DNA from: Anaerohalosphaeraceae bacterium
GTDB taxonomy: Bacteria; Planctomycetota; Phycisphaerae; Sedimentisphaerales; Anaerohalosphaeraceae
Reading direction: 5' to 3'
DNA length: 64,000 nt
NCBI GenBank assembly: GCA_963675525.2
Contig: CAXXSL010000008.1
Location: forward strand, 128,001 to 192,000
In this document: piece by piece, positions 31,611 through 42,581 of the stretch
How the letters are laid out: the number at the start of each line of letters is the position of its first letter
Numbering within the stretch: position 1 is the first letter of the stretch
Position numbers and translations under genes: made by a program
The notes under the pieces: model-generated
The model's database searches: none
What the model saw: only the letters and a program-made list of their open reading frames with translations
Told to the model about the DNA's origin: nothing

Positions 31611-31931
31611 ATGGCTAAAGAAACCAATATTCAGCCCGAACCGTTTGAAACCGTTGAGCCGATCGGCAAGCGTGTTCTGATTCGAAAAGACGAAGACAAA
31701 AAGCAAACCAAAGGTGGTATTCAGCTTCCGGATAATATTGAAATTCCGACGATCACCGGCCGGATCGTCTCGGTCTCGGCCGAAGTGGATATGTCCAGCG
31801 AAGTGCCCCTCAAGCAATATGACAAAGTACTGTTCAACCCAAAAGGCGCGATTCCGGTGGATTTTGAAGGGAATAACCGGCTGTTTGTGGTAGCGGTGGA
31901 AAACGTCGTGGCGGTTTTTCGAAAACAGTAA
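31611..31931 (+). CDS. groES: Co-chaperonin GroES family protein (no groEL adjacent)
   Basis: EPIGKRVLI, TKGGIQLP, DKVLF; start moved to ATG 31611 just after the topA stop. Confidence 0.85.
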   Translation: MAKETNIQPEPFETVEPIGKRVLIRKDEDKKQTKGGIQLPDNIEIPTITGRIVSVSAEVDMSSEVPLKQYDKVLFNPKGAIPVDFEGNNRLFVVAVENVVAVFRKQ

Positions 31932-31945
31932 AAAAATGGTACCCC

Positions 31946-31990
31946 AATAAAAGAATACGGCCGAGCCACACCCGTCGCCCGGCCATATTT
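31946..31990 (-). terminator. Rho-independent terminator between convergent groES and PEP-CTERM genes
   Basis: Minus strand AATATGGCCGGGC...GCTCGGCCGTATT stem followed by CTTTTATT. Confidence 0.7.
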
Positions 31991-32098
31991 CCTCAACACC
32001 TCCTCCGTGCCAATCTCCGATCTTTTTCCTTGGACACTTATGTCCTTATATATCAGTGCAGGTTTCGGCACCAAGAGGAAGAGGGTTTTATTTTTTGT

Positions 32099-32746
32099 TT
32101 ATGTGTATTTTCTCCTGAAGAAAACCGCCGACCCCAATCCCAAAAGAAGGATGGTTGCCGGTTCCGGAACTTCATCGCCATCTTCGCCAGGAATAAAGGT
32201 TTCACCGTTATTTTCATCATCGCCCGGAGCATACGGGTTCGTCTCTTCCTTTTCATCGATGGGCTTAGTGGTGCCGTTATAGATGAAATTGCCCGGGTCG
32301 TAATAACTTCCCGGAGTGATTGCAGCCGGAGATCGAATCGGACTGCCGATGATACGGCCCCCGCCCCCGCCGGTCCCATTAGCGCCTTGGATGATCTTGA
32401 CGCCCGGAAGCTCTTCCTCATACGCCTGGCGTGTAAAAACGGCAACCACCATTTTCGGAGAATCGATCTGAATCGTCGTGTCCGGAGTCCCTGTAGCAGA
32501 TACATCACCCAGCCAGTACAGAAAACGATAGCCCGGTTTAGGAATGGCTGACAACGAAACCGTTTGCCCGATTTCCATCTCATGAACACCCGAACCCGGT
32601 GTCACAGAACCGGCGTCCGGAGGACTTTGCTGAATCAGCAGGGCATAGCTGTCGGCCTGCTGAGCCTGCGCGGATACGGCCGAGATCAGAACGGAGAGAC
32701 TAAAAACCAAACTCAAGATCAGCTTGTTGTTCATTCGCTTTTTCAT
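32099..32746 (-). CDS. PEP-CTERM protein with InlB B-repeat-like domain
   Basis: Signal peptide, VSLSAIPKPGYRFLYWLGD, VPEPATILLLGLG..FRRK; start placed at MKKR with RBS. Confidence 0.88.
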   Translation of the reverse strand: MKKRMNNKLILSLVFSLSVLISAVSAQAQQADSYALLIQQSPPDAGSVTPGSGVHEMEIGQTVSLSAIPKPGYRFLYWLGDVSATGTPDTTIQIDSPKMVVAVFTRQAYEEELPGVKIIQGANGTGGGGGRIIGSPIRSPAAITPGSYYDPGNFIYNGTTKPIDEKEETNPYAPGDDENNGETFIPGEDGDEVPEPATILLLGLGSAVFFRRKYT

Positions 32747-32797
32747 CTTTCCTTCCCCCAGAAAGGTCAAATGTCATTTACATTGTTTCGCTGTGCA

Positions 32798-33436
32798 TTA
32801 CGCCCGCTTACGTCGATGTTTCAAAGATAGAACCGCCCCGCCGGCAAGCAGAATCAGCGTCGCCGGTTCCGGAGTTTGGTCGCCGCCATTCTCGCCACCG
32901 GGTACGTATCCATCATTACCCGGGGAATTTACTTCATAGGTACCAATTATCGGAGCATAATCGCTGAAGATAACGAGAAAGAAGGAAGTTTCATACGAAA
33001 CCAATGCACCGCCCTCAAACACCCAGGTCGCCTTGTCATCTGACAAAAGCTCTGCTTGGGAATCGACACCATACGAATCGGCCCCGCCCAGAGTCTCCAT
33101 GGCATCCATATCATCCTCGGTGAAGGCATCAGGATTAAAGCCGAACAAGTCGAATGAAGTGATCACAACATCAGATGTGTTGAAAACCTGATAGGCATAA
33201 ACATAACGCTGTTCATTATAACTTGCAAAGCTATCAAGCTCGGGCAGGTTCTGGATATCCGTGTCATACACCGCAAATTCAAGAAACCCGGATGCACCAT
33301 TTTGATTAAATGTTGAATACCCGCTGTAATCTTCGAAATCCGTTTCCGGCAACAACGTCAATGCCGCTTGCGATGTCGGAATCAAGACCGCTAACACCAC
33401 CATACAGAACAATATGTGTTTCTTTATCATCACCAT
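32798..33436 (-). CDS. PEP-CTERM surface protein
   Basis: Signal peptide, TPEPATLILLAGG..HRRKR. Confidence 0.9.
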   Translation of the reverse strand: MVMIKKHILFCMVVLAVLIPTSQAALTLLPETDFEDYSGYSTFNQNGASGFLEFAVYDTDIQNLPELDSFASYNEQRYVYAYQVFNTSDVVITSFDLFGFNPDAFTEDDMDAMETLGGADSYGVDSQAELLSDDKATWVFEGGALVSYETSFFLVIFSDYAPIIGTYEVNSPGNDGYVPGGENGGDQTPEPATLILLAGGAVLSLKHRRKRA

Positions 33437-33452
33437 AAATCACCTTCCCTGA

Positions 33453-34019
33453 CTAATTGTTATGTTTTCTTCTGATCACAAAACCCGCACCCAAAGCCAG
33501 CAACGCCATCGTCGCCGGTTCCGGAATCGGACTGTAGAGATTGCCTTCAAACGCGCGGTACACACCTCCTGAAATTCCGGAAGCCATACCATCGACGATC
33601 GTATAGGGTTGGGGACTGTCAAACCAAAGAACTGCGGAATCCTGACCTGGCAATATCGGGGATGAAAAAAAGGCATCAACACTGAAATTGGAGCCAATGA
33701 TACTCCACATGGCAGGATCGCCGGCCTCGCTTGGAACAGGTTTGAGAGCAGATACAATCGCATCGCTCAGCAATTCAACAGAAAACCACTGGATATTGTA
33801 ATCCGGTTCGAGTATTTCATAGTTATATCGATAGTAACCAGTGGTAGGCGAATCTTCAACCCAACTGTGGACAATGAACGTTTCACTCCCTCCCACCTGG
33901 GTAAACTCAAAACCGTCGAAATCCTCTGAATCGACGACAATCCCCGCAGAGAGACTCGGTGGTACCATCAGGGCCCCCAGCAGCATCAACCCCATCCATA
34001 ACATTAACTTCTTCATCAT
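33453..34019 (-). CDS. PEP-CTERM surface protein
   Basis: Signal peptide, IPEPATMALLALG..RRK, RBS AGGAGAG. Confidence 0.9.
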   Translation of the reverse strand: MMKKLMLWMGLMLLGALMVPPSLSAGIVVDSEDFDGFEFTQVGGSETFIVHSWVEDSPTTGYYRYNYEILEPDYNIQWFSVELLSDAIVSALKPVPSEAGDPAMWSIIGSNFSVDAFFSSPILPGQDSAVLWFDSPQPYTIVDGMASGISGGVYRAFEGNLYSPIPEPATMALLALGAGFVIRRKHNN

Positions 34020-34265
34020 GCTCTCCTTTATCGAACCAATAGATTAGTACGTACTTTTCACCTATCCTTGAAAAGTAAAAGGAGTTCAGCCTTGTGAAAT
34101 GCAACTCACTTCGGTGCCGAACGGCTTTTACAATTTTTCAGAAAGAAATATTCTTACTTAAAAGAGCTCCCCGAAAGCAATTCGCTCTCAGGCACCTCTC
34201 CTCCACGGCACATCACGCAATCGCGCAACATCGCCGCTCTTCATCCTTTCCTCAAAATCCATGTA

Positions 34266-34435
34266 AAAGTCTTTCCAACACCTCCTCAGTGTCCGAAATG
34301 AAGTTTTTTGATGCCTTGGATGGCGTCGATCAAAAAAACTTCCTGTTAATCAAAGATTCTTTTCATTCCCTCAACTGTTTGTCAATCAAGTACAACGATC
34401 GAACCTCGCTCCTCACAGAAAGTCTTTCCAACACC
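34266..34435. repeat. 17-bp direct repeat AAAGTCTTTCCAACACC (34266-34282, 34419-34435) bracketing an imperfect inverted repeat (34300-34342)
   Basis: Read directly from sequence. Confidence 0.85.
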
Positions 34436-34664
34436 CACCCAAAGTAACCACAAAACAGGCCTCAAATAGTCCTGTGCTTTCCTCGAAAATACAACTCGAT
34501 GCTACTATGTCTTTTCTTCCCTACTCCCCCGAGTATTTGATGTTGACCTTATTAAAGCAAAATCATCCTGAAAAGTCAAGAGAAAAAATAATTAATTTTC
34601 CTCCTCCCCTGATGCGGCCATCTTGCCTGAGGGGTCGAAATTCGTCTATATCCGGAATTAACAA

Positions 34665-35888
34665 TCACTTAGGCGATTTACGGCCACCGGAAACAGTCTT
34701 TCCCTGCACATAACGTCCGATATTGCGGATCGCCTGTCGCAAGCGATGCTCATTCTCGACTAATGCAATACGCATATAATTTTCGCCATTTTCACCGAAG
34801 GCCCTACCCGGCGAAATAACCACATTGGCATTCTCCAAAAGATCCATCGCAAAATCAATGCTTCCCTTGCCTTGTGAGTGTTGCTCAGGCACACGTGCCC
34901 AGACAAACATCGATGCCCGCGGAACCTCGACCTCCCAGCCGATCCGTTTCAACCCGTCACACACCACATCCCGGCGTGCTTCATACTTAGCATTTTGTTC
35001 CTTGATCGCATCATCGCAGTGACGCATTGCAATAATGCTGGCAATTTGAATCGGCTGAAAAATCCCGTAATCATAATAGCCCTTGACCGTCGCCAATGCC
35101 TCAAGCATTTCTTTGTTCCCGGCGGCAAACCCGATACGAAAACCCGCCATGCCGTACGGTTTGCTCATCGTGGTAAATTCCACCCCTACATCTTTAGCAC
35201 CTCTAGCCGACAAAAAGCTCGGCGCATGATAATCGCCGAAATTCGTCTCGCCATATGCAAAATCATGGATTACCGCGATGTTAAACCGTTTCGCCAGATT
35301 CACGACCGTCTCGAAAAACCCCGGGTCAACCGTCATCGCCGTCGGATTGTGCGGATAGTTCAAAATCAGCAGTTTCGGCTTGGGAAAAAGGTGCTCGCAC
35401 ACATACCCGATGGTATCCAGAAACGTCTGGTCGTTGCCGAGCGGAACGGTAATCACATTGCCGCCCGCCAGCGCGACACCGTAAATATGAATCGGGAACG
35501 CCGGGTCCGGCACAATCGCCATGTCGCCCGGCCCAAGCATCGCAAGGCACATGTGGCTGAAACCTTCCTTGGAACCAATGCAGGCCAGCACTTCGTTGTC
35601 CGGGTCCAGCGTAACGCCCCATTTACGCTCATATTTCAACGCCATTTCCCGGCGGAGATTATAAATGCCTTTAGACACACTGTAGCGGTGATTGCGGGGG
35701 TCACGAACCGCCTCGCACATCTTCTCGATCACCAGATCCGGAGCCCCGTCCATCGGATTGCCCATCCCCAAGTCGATAATATCGATGTCCTGACGGCGCT
35801 TCTCCAGTTTTAACGCATTCAGCCGCCCAAACAAATACGGCGGCAGGCGTTTCATGCGAGACGCTGTTTCAATTGTAAACTCTTCCAT
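34665..35888 (-). CDS. PLP-dependent class I/II aminotransferase (AlaC/DapL-like)
   Basis: [38 protein letters not shown]. Confidence 0.9.
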   Translation of the reverse strand: MEEFTIETASRMKRLPPYLFGRLNALKLEKRRQDIDIIDLGMGNPMDGAPDLVIEKMCEAVRDPRNHRYSVSKGIYNLRREMALKYERKWGVTLDPDNEVLACIGSKEGFSHMCLAMLGPGDMAIVPDPAFPIHIYGVALAGGNVITVPLGNDQTFLDTIGYVCEHLFPKPKLLILNYPHNPTAMTVDPGFFETVVNLAKRFNIAVIHDFAYGETNFGDYHAPSFLSARGAKDVGVEFTTMSKPYGMAGFRIGFAAGNKEMLEALATVKGYYDYGIFQPIQIASIIAMRHCDDAIKEQNAKYEARRDVVCDGLKRIGWEVEVPRASMFVWARVPEQHSQGKGSIDFAMDLLENANVVISPGRAFGENGENYMRIALVENEHRLRQAIRNIGRYVQGKTVSGGRKSPK

Positions 35889-36057
35889 AGTATGGTTATT
35901 CCTTATGTGAATATTTTGGTCGTATTATCTCAAATTAGCGAAAAAAAGCAAAAATAAAAATCCATCAGATCCGCTGCAGATGAAATATATACCCTAATTT
36001 ATCATCTTTTTGTTTCGGTCAGGTGGTGGGGTTTTAGCCAAAAATTCACGGGTAATG

Positions 36058-37029
36058 TTAAAAAAGATATGAAACGCTGACGGTTCCCAAACTATCTTTT
36101 CCGCTTTGCTCTTTGAATTCCTGCGTAAAAAATGTTTGAGAATAGCCGATTTCGAAGCTCTTATATGTATAAACTGCACCAATCTGTAATTCGCCAACCA
36201 ACGGTTCGGGACTTAAACCCGTTAAAAACCGGTTGTATTCAACCGCTCTGGCTCCAAAACGAGCAAAGAAATACCCGGATTTATCCGTTTTCTTTCGGAA
36301 TATCGAAATTCCCGATGGCAGATTCATTCGACCCGGACCGAATGTATTGCCCAGATTGAAACCGTAACGAAAGGTCAGCCCCGCCTGAACGTGCCGATGA
36401 ACGGAACCTGCCGTAAAACCGTACTCTGCTATGACATCCGTCTTGTCTGTTGGTTTTAGGGGGCCGTCGGTAATCCGGTACTGCCGGACATAGGTAAAAT
36501 CGGCCGCGGGTTCATCACTAATCTGATTTTCCCAACCCTCGGGTTTGTCTGAACGAAGCCATTCATGAATTTCATCCTGAACCTCTTCAGCTTTTGATGA
36601 TGGTCCAATGACGCCCACGTTCAGTTCGATATGCTCCAGAACATCATTTGTCGCCCGCTGAACAAACATGCCGCCATACAGCCAGCCGGCAAAATACATA
36701 TCCTCCGACTTGCGTTGAGAGGGATGACCCGGATTGTCGGGGGTGTAAATATTCTGACCGATGAAGAAACCAACCGCCGTATCTACTGCTTGTTCGGTTC
36801 CGGCGGCATCCCAATTCGAAAAATCCTCGAGCCACTGCCAGTGAGGCTGAGCCAGGTAAACCAGCTTACCCCCATGCGTATAATGCCGATCCGTTTTGCC
36901 ATTAGGTTTTATTAACCGACTGTCATTTTCACCATATACGGATAACACATTATCGGCTACAACATGACCGGTTGAATATGTAAACAACAGGCATATAAAT
37001 AATATTGTGATAATACCTAGCTTTTTCAT
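36058..37029 (-). CDS. Lipid A deacylase LpxR family (DUF2219) outer-membrane protein
   Basis: END, DRHYTHG, GQNIYTP, FAGWLY, GVIGP..Q..IH, GWENQI, C-terminal F. Confidence 0.88.
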   Translation of the reverse strand: MKKLGIITILFICLLFTYSTGHVVADNVLSVYGENDSRLIKPNGKTDRHYTHGGKLVYLAQPHWQWLEDFSNWDAAGTEQAVDTAVGFFIGQNIYTPDNPGHPSQRKSEDMYFAGWLYGGMFVQRATNDVLEHIELNVGVIGPSSKAEEVQDEIHEWLRSDKPEGWENQISDEPAADFTYVRQYRITDGPLKPTDKTDVIAEYGFTAGSVHRHVQAGLTFRYGFNLGNTFGPGRMNLPSGISIFRKKTDKSGYFFARFGARAVEYNRFLTGLSPEPLVGELQIGAVYTYKSFEIGYSQTFFTQEFKEQSGKDSLGTVSVSYLF

Positions 37030-37058
37030 AGCTCAGAAATCCTTGATTTGGAATTCTC

Positions 37059-38600
37059 CTACTCCCATTCGATGGTGGCAGGCGGCTTGCTGGATACATC
37101 ATAAACCACACGGTTGACACCGCGTACTTCGTTGATGATCCGACTGGCAATACGCCCTAATACCTCATGCGGCACATGAGAGAAATCGGCCGTCATAAAA
37201 TCGGTCGTCTCGACGCACCGCAAAGCGATCACATGCTCATAGCTGCGTTCATCGCCCATCACACCGACCGTTCCGACCGGCAGCAGCACCGCCAACGCCT
37301 GGCTGATTTGCCGATACAGCCCCGCCGCTTTGATTTCCTCGATTAAAATATCATCCGCTTCCCGCAGAACCGCCAGTTTTGCCTCGGTAATATCGCTTAG
37401 CACCCGCACCGCCAGCCCCGGCCCCGGAAACGGATGCCGCCAGACCATATCCTCCGGCAGACCCAGATATTCACCCACAAGCCGCACCTCATCTTTAAAA
37501 AGATCACGCAAGGGCTCGACCAACTCAAAACCAAGTTGTTCGGGCAGTCCGCCGACATTATGATGTAGTTTGATATTGGCTGCCAGGTTGCCATCTTTGT
37601 TGCCGGACTCAATGACATCCGGATACAGCGTACCTTGTGCGAGGAATTTGGCGTTTTCGATTTTGTCGGCTTCGGACTTAAACGCTTCGATAAATTCGGC
37701 GCCGATGATCTTGCGTTTTTGCTGCGGATCGGTCACGCCCGCTAATTTTTCAAGGAATTTATCGGCCCAATCCACTGTATGCAGGTCAATTTTGAAATGT
37801 CCGCCGAACATCGACTCGACACCTTCTCGCTCGTTTTTGCGAAGCAGTCCGTTATCGACAAAGATACAGACCAACTGGTCGCCAATGGCCTTATGCAGCA
37901 GAGCCGCGGTAACCGCCGAATCAACGCCGCCGGAAAGACCGCAGATGACGGTATCGCTGCCGACTTGCTCGCGGACCTTGGCGACGGTCTCCTCGACAAA
38001 ATCGCTCATCTGCCAGTCGCCGGCACAGTCGCAAACGTCATACAGGAAATTCTTAAGAATATCCGCCCCGCGTGGCGTATGTGTTACTTCCGGGTGAAAC
38101 TGCACACCATAGAATTTTCCGCCTTTATGCCGCACTGCCGCAAACGGACAGGTCGGCGTCGCGGCCAGCGACGCAAAATCACCGGTCAGTTGATTGACCT
38201 GGTCGCCATGGCTCATCCAAACCGTCGTATGGTCGGGCAGCGTTTTGAACAAATCGCTGTTGTCCGTAATCTCAAGCGCGGTTCGGCCGTACTCGCGGCT
38301 GTGGGCCGGTTTGACTTCGGCACCCAAAATCTTACAGCCGATCTGCATGCCGTAACAGATCCCCAGCACCGGCACACCCAATTCGAATATCCGCGGGTCG
38401 CACATGGGGGCGTTTTCGGCATAGACACTGGCCGGACCCCCCGACAGGATAATCCCCTTAACGCCTAGTTGGGCAAGTTTTTCAATCTTGACCGTGGGTT
38501 GATAGATTTGTGAGTATACTTTATGCTCACGTACCCGGCGGGCGATGAGTTGGCCGTACTGGCTTCCAAAATCAATGATCGCTATAACTTCTCGTGCCAT
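37059..38600 (-). CDS. guaA: GMP synthase
   Basis: [33 protein letters not shown]. Confidence 0.98.
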   Translation of the reverse strand: MAREVIAIIDFGSQYGQLIARRVREHKVYSQIYQPTVKIEKLAQLGVKGIILSGGPASVYAENAPMCDPRIFELGVPVLGICYGMQIGCKILGAEVKPAHSREYGRTALEITDNSDLFKTLPDHTTVWMSHGDQVNQLTGDFASLAATPTCPFAAVRHKGGKFYGVQFHPEVTHTPRGADILKNFLYDVCDCAGDWQMSDFVEETVAKVREQVGSDTVICGLSGGVDSAVTAALLHKAIGDQLVCIFVDNGLLRKNEREGVESMFGGHFKIDLHTVDWADKFLEKLAGVTDPQQKRKIIGAEFIEAFKSEADKIENAKFLAQGTLYPDVIESGNKDGNLAANIKLHHNVGGLPEQLGFELVEPLRDLFKDEVRLVGEYLGLPEDMVWRHPFPGPGLAVRVLSDITEAKLAVLREADDILIEEIKAAGLYRQISQALAVLLPVGTVGVMGDERSYEHVIALRCVETTDFMTADFSHVPHEVLGRIASRIINEVRGVNRVVYDVSSKPPATIEWE

Positions 38601-38618
38601 GTGACTTCAATCTTCTTC

Positions 38619-40091
38619 TTATTTTTCAAATGATTCATAACCGGAGTAATTCGGCGATTCTTTGGTAATCAGAATATCGTGCGGATGCGATTCGTTAACC
38701 GTCGCGGCACTGGTGCGAACGAATTTGGCGTTATGCCGCAAGGCATCAATCGTCTGTGTTCCACAATATCCCATTCCGGCCCGAATACCTCCGACCAGTT
38801 GATATACATAATTACTGAGTGTCCCGCGATATGGCACACGTCCTTCGACACCCTCTGGCACCAGTTTGTCCCGCTCTGTGGATTTATCCTGACCGTAACG
38901 ATCAGCCGAACCCTGTACCATCGCCCCTATCGAACCCATGCCGCGGTATTCCTTGAACTGTCGGCCCTTATAAATAACCAACTGCCCCGGGCTTTCGGCT
39001 AATCCTGCAAACAGTGAGCCAAGCATCACGCTGGATGCCCCTGCGGCAATGGCTTTAGTAATATCGCCGGAATGTCGGACACCGCCGTCAGCGATGACCG
39101 GAACACCCGCATCTTCGGCAACCGAAACCGCATTCATGATCGCTGTGATTTGCGGCATACCCACGCCGGAAATGACCCGTGTGGTACAAATGGCACCGGG
39201 GCCGATACCAACCTTGACCGCGTCGACACCTGCATCGACCAAATCTTTCGCCGCCTCAGCAGTTGCGATATTGCCGGCGATAACATCAATTTTGTAATTG
39301 GATTTAATCCACTTGACCATTTCGATGACGTTTTTAGAATGGCCGTGAGCTGTATCGACGACAACCACATCCGCTTCGGCTTCAATTAACGCCTTAACAC
39401 GGTCCCTGTCTTTGACGCCCACCGCAGCCCCGACTCGCAGCCGTCCGCGTATGTCACGAACCGCATATGGAAACTGCTGGACCCGGTCGATATCCCGCAT
39501 GGTAATCAGGCCGGCTAATTGGCCGTCCTTTTTGACCAGCAGCAATTTTTCAACCTTATGTTTTTTGAGGATTTCCTGAGCCTGCTCCAGCGTGGTCCCC
39601 GCCGGGCCGGTCACCAGATTTTTCTGGGTCATCACATCCTTTATCTGTACCGAATCATCCGTCAGGAACTTTAAATCACGACGGGTTAGAATCCCGGCCA
39701 GTTTCCCGTTTTCAACAATCGGAATACCCGATACATTCTGCTCCTGCATCAGGTCCCGGGCAAACATCACTGACATCTCCGGGTTCAGCGTAACCGGATC
39801 AAGGATCACACCATTTTCCGACCGTTTGACCTTGGTTACTTCGCGCCTCTGGGCCTCGACCGACAGATTTTTATGAATAATGCCGATGCCGCCTTCCTGG
39901 GCCAGGGCAATCGCCAGCGCCGACTCAGTAACTGTATCCATCGCCGCCGAAATAATCGGGATATTGATATTGATATTGCGGGTCAGACGGGTCGCCGTAT
40001 TGGCCTCACTCGGCACAAAATCACTTCGGGCCGGAATCAGCAGAACATCGTCAAATGTAATACCTTCTGATACTATTTTGTCTAACTTCAT
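38619..40091 (-). CDS. guaB: IMP dehydrogenase
   Basis: TFDDVLL, CBS pair, [24 protein letters not shown]. Confidence 0.98.
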   Translation of the reverse strand: MKLDKIVSEGITFDDVLLIPARSDFVPSEANTATRLTRNININIPIISAAMDTVTESALAIALAQEGGIGIIHKNLSVEAQRREVTKVKRSENGVILDPVTLNPEMSVMFARDLMQEQNVSGIPIVENGKLAGILTRRDLKFLTDDSVQIKDVMTQKNLVTGPAGTTLEQAQEILKKHKVEKLLLVKKDGQLAGLITMRDIDRVQQFPYAVRDIRGRLRVGAAVGVKDRDRVKALIEAEADVVVVDTAHGHSKNVIEMVKWIKSNYKIDVIAGNIATAEAAKDLVDAGVDAVKVGIGPGAICTTRVISGVGMPQITAIMNAVSVAEDAGVPVIADGGVRHSGDITKAIAAGASSVMLGSLFAGLAESPGQLVIYKGRQFKEYRGMGSIGAMVQGSADRYGQDKSTERDKLVPEGVEGRVPYRGTLSNYVYQLVGGIRAGMGYCGTQTIDALRHNAKFVRTSAATVNESHPHDILITKESPNYSGYESFEK

Positions 40092-40135
40092 GGCTTCCTC
40101 CCATTTAAGGGTCTATGGGTTCCTATAAACGGAGC

Positions 40136-40164
40136 AGTCTACTCAAGATAGACGCATTCGTCAA
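40136..40164 (-). promoter_or_regulatory. sigma70-type promoter of guaBA
   Basis: TTGACG-N17-TAGACT. Confidence 0.6.
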
Positions 40165-40299
40165 AGAAAATCCGACCGATGCAAACAAATGAAAGGCAGA
40201 TCTGTCAAAATACTCGTAAGTCTTTAATTTCCCTCATATTTCGACGACATTGTTTCATAGAAACAGCTTTCAGTCATCCAAAAACAAACATTTAGTGAC

Positions 40300-40327
40300 T
40301 TGATAATATCACAGGTAACGCTATACT
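40300..40327 (+). promoter_or_regulatory. sigma70-type promoter of recQ
   Basis: TTGATA-N16-TATACT. Confidence 0.55.
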
Positions 40328-40427
40328 AAGCGTCGGTTTCGGGCACAAAGACAGAAGGAAAACCCAAACACCCGGCGCATAATCCCTTGTGGGCCAACGA
40401 GCCGGGGTGCAGTCTTGAGGTAGAAAA

Positions 40428-42578
40428 ATGAAGAAAATCCAACAGGCACTCCTAAAATACTGGGGATATAATGACTTCCTGCCCTTACAGAAGGAGGCCA
40501 TGGCCGGTCTGAACCGCGGTGAGGACTGTATTCTGGTGCTGCCGACCGGCGGGGGTAAATCGCTCTGCTATCAGGCTCCGGCAATGGCGACGGACGGTTT
40601 GGCGGTCGTCGTCTCACCGCTGATCTCACTGATGAAGGACCAGGTTGACGCACTCATCGAGTGCGGCGTGTCTGCCATGCGGTTGGACAGTTCGATGTCG
40701 GCCGAAGAGCAAAGGGATACCCTCGACACGATTCGCCAAAACGACGTCAAACTTTTGTACCTGTCGCCGGAGCGGTTATTGACCGACGGCTTTATCAATC
40801 TTCTGCGAAAAATAAAACTGGCCTATTTTGCCATTGATGAAGCCCACTGCGTCAGCATGTGGGGACATGACTTCCGCCCGGAATACCGCCAACTGGGCCG
40901 ACTGCGTGAAATCTTCCCAGATGTGACCATTGCCGCCTATACTGCCACCGCGACAGAACAGGTGCGTAACGATATTGCCCGGCAGTTATCTCTCAAAGAC
41001 CCGCACATACTGGTCGGCTCGTTTGACCGACCGAACCTCACCTACAAAGTCCAACCCCGTAAAAATATTGCCGCCCAGGTCTGTTCGGTCCTGAATCGAC
41101 ACAAAGGGGAATCCGGCATCATCTATTGCATCCGGCGAAAGGATGTCAATGACCTGTGCAATCAACTTCAGGATCGTGGCTATAACATCGCCCCTTATCA
41201 TGCGGGGATGGATGCGCAAAAAAGAAAACGCAACCAGGACCGCTTCATCAATGAGAAAATCGATACCATCGTGGCAACAATCGCTTTCGGGATGGGCATC
41301 GATAAGTCGAATGTGCGCTATGTGATCCACACGGGCATGCCAAAGTCGCTGGAACATTACCAGCAGGAAAGCGGGCGGGCCGGGCGGGATCAACTGGAGG
41401 CGGAGTGCTGCATGTTCTATTCCGGCGGCGACTACGGCATCTGGAAATTCCTGATGCGCGATATGCCGCCTGAGGCGATGGAAGTCGCGATGGAGAAATT
41501 GAACGGCATGTACCAGTTTTGTACCAGTGCGACATGCCGACATGAAACGATTCTCCGCTATTTCGGGCAAACCCTGAAAAAGGACAATTGCGCCGCCTGC
41601 GATATCTGTCTGGGGGAAGTTGAAAGCATTGACGACGCGCTGGTCATTGCCCAAAAAATTCTGTCCTGCATCGTTCGCCTCGAACAGCAATTTGGCTCAG
41701 GCTATACCGCACTGGTGCTGACCGGATCAAAGGATAAACGCATTCTTGAAAACAATCATGACGCACTGAGCACCTACGCTCTGCTGAAGGACTTCTCCAA
41801 ATCCGTCGTTCATAGCTGGATTGAACAACTGGCCGGACAGGGATACCTTGAAAAATACGGCGAATATAATCAACTAGCCATCACGGAAAAAGGCCGAGCC
41901 GCACTGAAAGGAGAAAAAACGCCCCGTCTGCTGAAACCCGCTGAAAAGAAGACAACCCGCATTTCCAGGCCGACCTCCCAATCATGGGAAGGTGTCGACG
42001 CGGACCTGTTTGAAGAGTTGCGAACATTTAGAAGAACGGAGGCCGCGGAAAAGGGAATCCCGCCGTTTGTCGTCTTCGGCGATGTAACACTCCGGGAACT
42101 GGCAAGAGTCAGACCTTCGACGCCGAAGGGATTGATGGCCGTCAAAGGCATCGGCGTCAAAAAACGGCAACAGTACGGCCGGGCCGTTCTAACGATTATT
42201 CAAAAATACTGCGAAAAACACGCCAAGGACATGGATATCGGCATCGAAACAGAAACCCCTCAATCAAAGCCCGCCGTCAATCGGCCCAATGCCAAAGAGC
42301 AGGCCTTCGAACTCTTCGCCAAACAGCGTCCCATCCGCGAAATTGCCGCAACGATCAATCGCGCCGAATCTACCACGAATCAATACTTGGTCGATTTTAT
42401 TCATCACAAAAACATTGCCGACCCATCACCATGGGTAAATCGCAAAACGGCTGAGAAAATTGAACAAGCGATCCGAAAGCTTTCCAGCAAACAAAAGACG
42501 CTTATCTTCAAGCATCTAAACGGACAGGCCACCTATCACGAAATAAGCATCACCTTGGCCTGCCTGAAAAATCTTTAA
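40428..42578 (+). CDS. recQ: ATP-dependent DNA helicase RecQ
   Basis: PTGGGKSLCYQ, DEAH, WGHDFRPEY, QESGRAGRD, RQC, HRDC and C-terminal HTH. Confidence 0.97.
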   Translation: MKKIQQALLKYWGYNDFLPLQKEAMAGLNRGEDCILVLPTGGGKSLCYQAPAMATDGLAVVVSPLISLMKDQVDALIECGVSAMRLDSSMSAEEQRDTLDTIRQNDVKLLYLSPERLLTDGFINLLRKIKLAYFAIDEAHCVSMWGHDFRPEYRQLGRLREIFPDVTIAAYTATATEQVRNDIARQLSLKDPHILVGSFDRPNLTYKVQPRKNIAAQVCSVLNRHKGESGIIYCIRRKDVNDLCNQLQDRGYNIAPYHAGMDAQKRKRNQDRFINEKIDTIVATIAFGMGIDKSNVRYVIHTGMPKSLEHYQQESGRAGRDQLEAECCMFYSGGDYGIWKFLMRDMPPEAMEVAMEKLNGMYQFCTSATCRHETILRYFGQTLKKDNCAACDICLGEVESIDDALVIAQKILSCIVRLEQQFGSGYTALVLTGSKDKRILENNHDALSTYALLKDFSKSVVHSWIEQLAGQGYLEKYGEYNQLAITEKGRAALKGEKTPRLLKPAEKKTTRISRPTSQSWEGVDADLFEELRTFRRTEAAEKGIPPFVVFGDVTLRELARVRPSTPKGLMAVKGIGVKKRQQYGRAVLTIIQKYCEKHAKDMDIGIETETPQSKPAVNRPNAKEQAFELFAKQRPIREIAATINRAESTTNQYLVDFIHHKNIADPSPWVNRKTAEKIEQAIRKLSSKQKTLIFKHLNGQATYHEISITLACLKNL

Positions 42579-42581
42579 CGG

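Noticed and set aside
30614..31627. 337-aa antisense ORF over topA (similar ones at 34878-35813, 8335-9183, 55584-56363)
   Set aside because: Shadow ORFs opposite well-conserved genes; no recognisable motifs
34165..34195. CCGAAAGCAA..CTCTCAGGCA resembling a glycine riboswitch core
   Set aside because: On the strand opposite to both flanking genes and lacks the 5' GGAGA element
34266..34435. 17-bp repeat pair as a mini-CRISPR
   Set aside because: Only two copies, 136-bp spacing, no cas genes
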